A DNA stretch of 64,000 nucleotides from an uncultured delta proteobacterium (GTDB taxonomy: Bacteria > Desulfobacterota > Binatia > Binatales > Binataceae): NCBI GenBank assembly GCA_963815835.1, contig CAWFIF010000001.1, positions 772,807-836,806 on the forward strand, written 5' to 3'. Each line of letters begins with the position of its first letter. Within the stretch, counting starts at the first letter, position 1. The notes below the pieces were generated by a model. The model saw only the letters and a list, made by a program, of their open reading frames with translations, had not been told where the DNA came from and did no database searches. Of the stretch, positions 60,697-64,000 are shown one piece after another. Both the position numbers and the translations under genes were made by a program.

Positions 60697-61260
60697 GTGG
60701 ACAAGATGCATTTCACCCGGATGGACCAGGGCAGCGACGAGGATTTCCTCATCCTCAAGCGGGTCCATGAGAAAGCCCTCGCCGATCTGCCGGACCGCTT
60801 GATGGCGATGGTTAACGACCTCTCTGAAGATCAGGCCTATAACCTCAACCGCCGCGGTCACAGCCTGCAGGCCGCCACGCGCGCGATGCGTGACGGCGCC
60901 GACGAAGAGTTGATCGTGGTTGCCTTGTTCCATGACGTGGGTGAATCGCTCGGCCCGATGAATCATGGGGAGATCGCGGCTTCAATCCTTCGCCCCTTCA
61001 TTTCCGCCGACCACTACAATCTGCTCAAGTATCACGGCCTCTTTCAGACCTATTTCTACGCCCGGCATCTGGGGCTGGATCCCAATGCGCGCGAACAGTT
61101 CAAGCGCGAGCCGTGGTATCAGATGACCGTGGATTTCTGCGCCAAGTATGATGAGGTTTCCTTCGATCCGGCTTATCCCAACGAGCCGATGAGCACGTTC
61201 GCCCCGATGGTGCACCGGGTGCTGAACAAGCCCTGGCTTCCGCCGGGAAAAGCGGACTGA
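60697..61260 (+). CDS. HD-domain protein (PhnZ/MIOX-like HD phosphohydrolase-oxygenase family)
   Basis: H..HSLQAATRA...DGADEELIVVALFHDVG: HD-domain metal-ligand pattern resembling PhnZ-type proteins. 187 aa. Confidence 0.5.
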   Translation: MDKMHFTRMDQGSDEDFLILKRVHEKALADLPDRLMAMVNDLSEDQAYNLNRRGHSLQAATRAMRDGADEELIVVALFHDVGESLGPMNHGEIAASILRPFISADHYNLLKYHGLFQTYFYARHLGLDPNAREQFKREPWYQMTVDFCAKYDEVSFDPAYPNEPMSTFAPMVHRVLNKPWLPPGKAD

Positions 61261-61362
61261 CGAAACTCGCGCGATTTATCATCGAAGGCGAGAGCGAACC
61301 AGCGCGATCACCGCTCGCGATAGGGACGGCAACGGAGTAAATGGTCGGACTCGGGCGCTCCG

Positions 61363-61812
61363 ATGATGTCGCGGCGAAACATCTATCAGACAGTCGCTGC
61401 AATCTCGATGCTGTTCGCATGCATCGCCGGCGTCGCAAGAGCGCAAATGCCGTCCGATTCGATGGGCCTCCCGATCCCGACCACAATCGTGCTGGCGAAG
61501 CCCGCGCCCGGCGAAACCTTCGAGGGCAGGCTTCTGATAACAGTGGGCGTAGGCCCTGGGATCTACAAGTTCATCCTGAAAGATGGCTACACGAATCACA
61601 TCTACGTTAAATGGGCCAGCATCTGGGAGCAGGTGCGCCAATCCAGTCCGAACCTGATTGCCGAAGGCCCTGATTCCGAGAAGTTCAGCCAGGTTGAACC
61701 CGGCGCGACGGTGACAGTTTCAGGGATGTACACGCCGGAGCAGCGCTGCTTCGAAATTATGAGCGTCGATCTGGGCGATAGTCGTTTCCAGCATGACGGG
61801 CAGCACCATTGA
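61363..61812 (+). CDS. secreted hypothetical protein
   Basis: Signal peptide (ISMLFACIAGVARAQ). 149 aa. No domain recognised. Confidence 0.45.
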   Translation: MMSRRNIYQTVAAISMLFACIAGVARAQMPSDSMGLPIPTTIVLAKPAPGETFEGRLLITVGVGPGIYKFILKDGYTNHIYVKWASIWEQVRQSSPNLIAEGPDSEKFSQVEPGATVTVSGMYTPEQRCFEIMSVDLGDSRFQHDGQHH

Positions 61813-61851
61813 GAAGCTCACTTGAGTGAGGTTGTGCCGAACCGTCAGCGC

Positions 61852-62271
61852 CTAGTGTCCATCGACCACGAAGTCCAACATTCCACGGTGCAGGATGCCT
61901 TCGAGGTAGGGAATCAGTTCGAGCTGCGCGAGCTCCGAGGGCGCAACCCATCGCGCCTCGACGTGCTCATGCGGCCGCAACCGAATGTCATCCGCCGCAC
62001 TCGTGATCGCGCATGCAAAAATCGCCTGCAGGTACGGACCGACGCTGTTGTGAATCCCGAGTAACCGCTCAATTGCAACCTTGAGGCCGGTTTCCTCCTC
62101 GATCTCGCGCGCGAGGCATTCCTCGAATGACTCTCCAATTGCGAGATGGCCGCCCGGCAGGTCCCAGGTGCCCGGCTTGTACGGCATCGAGGGCGCGCGC
62201 TTCAGCACCAGCAGCTTCCCACCTCGCACGATCACGCCATGAACTCCGACCCAGAATTGATCTTCCGCCAT
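61852..62271 (-). CDS. NUDIX hydrolase
   Basis: Nudix box GHLAIGESFEECLAREIEEETGL. Confidence 0.75.
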   Translation of the reverse strand: MAEDQFWVGVHGVIVRGGKLLVLKRAPSMPYKPGTWDLPGGHLAIGESFEECLAREIEEETGLKVAIERLLGIHNSVGPYLQAIFACAITSAADDIRLRPHEHVEARWVAPSELAQLELIPYLEGILHRGMLDFVVDGH

Positions 62272-62365
62272 CGCGATCAGGCTAATCGACTGAATAACGG
62301 GGCGCTATCGCGTTTGAGGAAGCCACCAGCATCGAAGTAGGATTTCGCGGCAACAGGGGAGAACC

Positions 62366-63597
62366 ATGGAAAAGTCGGAATTTTATCGCGAGGCGCGAAA
62401 CGACCTGACCGGGCCGCTACACGGCGTGCGCGTGATGGACGTCACTACCAGCTGGGCCGGTCCGATGTGCGCGTGCGTGCTGGCTGACCTGGGCGCCGAT
62501 GTGATCAAGATCGAATTGCCCGACGGTGAGGTTGGGCGGCGCATCACTCCCTACTTGCCGGGTACAAATCCGCCAATCAGTTTCGCGCATGCCACCGTGA
62601 ATCGAAACAAACGCGACCTGACGGTCGACATGAGAGCGCCGGAGGGACGCGACATCATCCTGAAGCTCGCGAAGAGCACCGACATCATCGTGCAGAATTA
62701 TCGTCCGGGCACGCCGGCGAAGTGGGGTCTCGGTTACGACGACGTGCGCAAGGTGAAAGCGGACATCGTGTACGTATCGATCAGCGGATGGGGTCAATGG
62801 GGACCGGACCACGATCGCGTCGGTTACGATCCGATGGCGCAGGCGGCCGGAGGCTTCATCTCGCTCAATGGCGAGGTGAATGGGCCGCCGGTCAAGGCGC
62901 CGACTTTTCTATGCGATGATCTCGCGGGACTTCATGGCGCGATCGGCGCGATCGCGGCGTTGCGCCATCGCGATCAGACCGGCGAGGGTCAGCATGTCGA
63001 TGTTTCACTCCTCGACGCAATGCTGTTCCAGTCCAATGGCTATCCCACGCTCGGCGCGATGGGTATTCCGATGAAGCGATGGGGAAATGAATTCGGGTTT
63101 TCGATACCGGCAAACATCTATCAATGCCGCGATGGACGAATAATTGCCGGTACGCTGTTGGATAGTCATTGGCGAGTGTTCGCGCGACTCGCGGGGCGGC
63201 CCGACCTTGCGAAGAATCCTGAATTTGCCACCGCCGCGCTGCGAGCCAAGCATCGCGACGAATGCAATGCGCTATTCGCCGGATGGTGCGCGCAACGCAC
63301 GGTTGCGGAGGCCGTCGCCGAATGCGCGGCGAATTCGATCGCATGCGCCCCGATTCGCTCCTACGCCGATGCGGCGCGCGACCCCCACGTCCTCGCGCGC
63401 GACATGATGCAGGACACGCCGCAAGTCGATGGCACAGTCGTTCCCGATGGTAGGACCAGCGGCAAAATTCTCGCGCACTCCGACCAAGGTACGCACCCCT
63501 GCTCCCTCCTTGGGCGCGCATACGGATGAGGTTCTCGCGGAACTCGGCATCGATGCCTCGACGCGCGCGCGCCTGCGCGAGAAGAAGGTTATCTAGA
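62366..63597 (+). CDS. CoA-transferase family III (CaiB/BaiF) protein; single-nucleotide frameshift near 63445-63455
   Basis: N-terminal LHGVRVMDVTTSWAGPMCACVLADLGADVIKIE and catalytic region. The C-terminal family segment continues in another frame (VGPAAKFSRTPTKVRTPAPSLGAHTDEVLAELGI). Confidence 0.75.
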
Positions 63598-63614
63598 TAA
63601 AGCATTGGCCGAAC

Positions 63615-64000
63615 ATGGCTCCTGACACATCCGTAGCTAGTGAACTCGGAATCTATGTATGCCCCGTATGCAAGCTTGGCTTGCGCCAGGAAGAGGGTGC
63701 GCTTCGCTGTCCCACCTGTTCGCAAGCCTACCCAATCATAGAAGGCATCCCTGACTTCATTCGTGAAGAGCTATCACTAAGCACCGATCCTGTGCTGAGG
63801 AGAATGCGCTTCATCGATCGGATGGCGAGCATTTACGAAACGAAGTTGTGGTATCCGATGATTCTGAAAATCTATGGTGGATTGCACAGCCCATCTCTTG
63901 AACAACTGATCGACACCGTTTCTCAGAAAGTCCAATCGACCAAAGGCCGGCTGCTGGATGTCGCTTGCGGTCCCGGCACCTTTGGCCGGCGGGTTGCTTC
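63615..64000 (+). CDS. Trm112-like zinc-ribbon fused to class I SAM-dependent methyltransferase (3' partial at window end)
   Basis: CPVC...CPTC zinc ribbon followed by the methyltransferase motif I region (LLDVACGPGTFG). Runs off the window. Confidence 0.55.
   Translation, partial: MAPDTSVASELGIYVCPVCKLGLRQEEGALRCPTCSQAYPIIEGIPDFIREELSLSTDPVLRRMRFIDRMASIYETKLWYPMILKIYGGLHSPSLEQLIDTVSQKVQSTKGRLLDVACGPGTFGRRVA

Overview
High-GC (about 60-65%) bacterial chromosomal segment with dense coding, mostly housekeeping and metabolic genes. The lineage cannot be assigned from the sequence alone.

Recognisable loci, in order:
- A UbiA prenyltransferase and an alpha/beta hydrolase.
- An AMP-forming acyl-CoA synthetase followed by an acetoin/pyruvate-dehydrogenase-like E1alpha-E1beta-E2 operon. 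It ends with a translationally coupled carrier-protein gene. E1alpha carries a frameshift and E1beta an in-frame TAA.
- A decayed accessory island, about 10.2-16.7 kb. It is bounded by a degenerate IS3-family element and an internally deleted IS5-family element with CTAG target duplications. It contains an adenylate-cyclase pseudogene, a Trp-rich secreted repeat protein and a DUF4238 fragment.
- The conserved lptC-lptA-rpoN-hpf-ptsN-rapZ locus, with lptB absent and a novel low-GC gene appended.
- A probable glycolipid module (DedA/TVP38, GT28 MGDG-synthase-like, LpxH-like) and the methyl-cycle pair ahcY-metK.
- A USP gene divergent from an sHsp-LonC-pncB operon. The Lon-like protease has a degenerate Walker A.
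- Three tandem, translationally coupled large polytopic membrane-protein paralogues.
- An L,D-transpeptidase with a DUF882 (MepK-like) partner.
- A redox cluster: TlpA, BolA, Grx4 and an AhpD-like gene. The AhpD-like gene has an in-frame UGA exactly at the second Cys of its CxxC motif, followed by a SECIS-like hairpin, so it is a probable selenoprotein.
- Thiolase, a HigBA toxin-antitoxin pair, two family III CoA-transferases, NDH-2, a sulfatase, ThiI, a frameshifted GT2 and a poly-Pro-tailed lipoprotein.

No rRNA, tRNA or CRISPR array was recognised. Several genes carry single-nucleotide frameshifts, which may be real decay or assembly indel errors.
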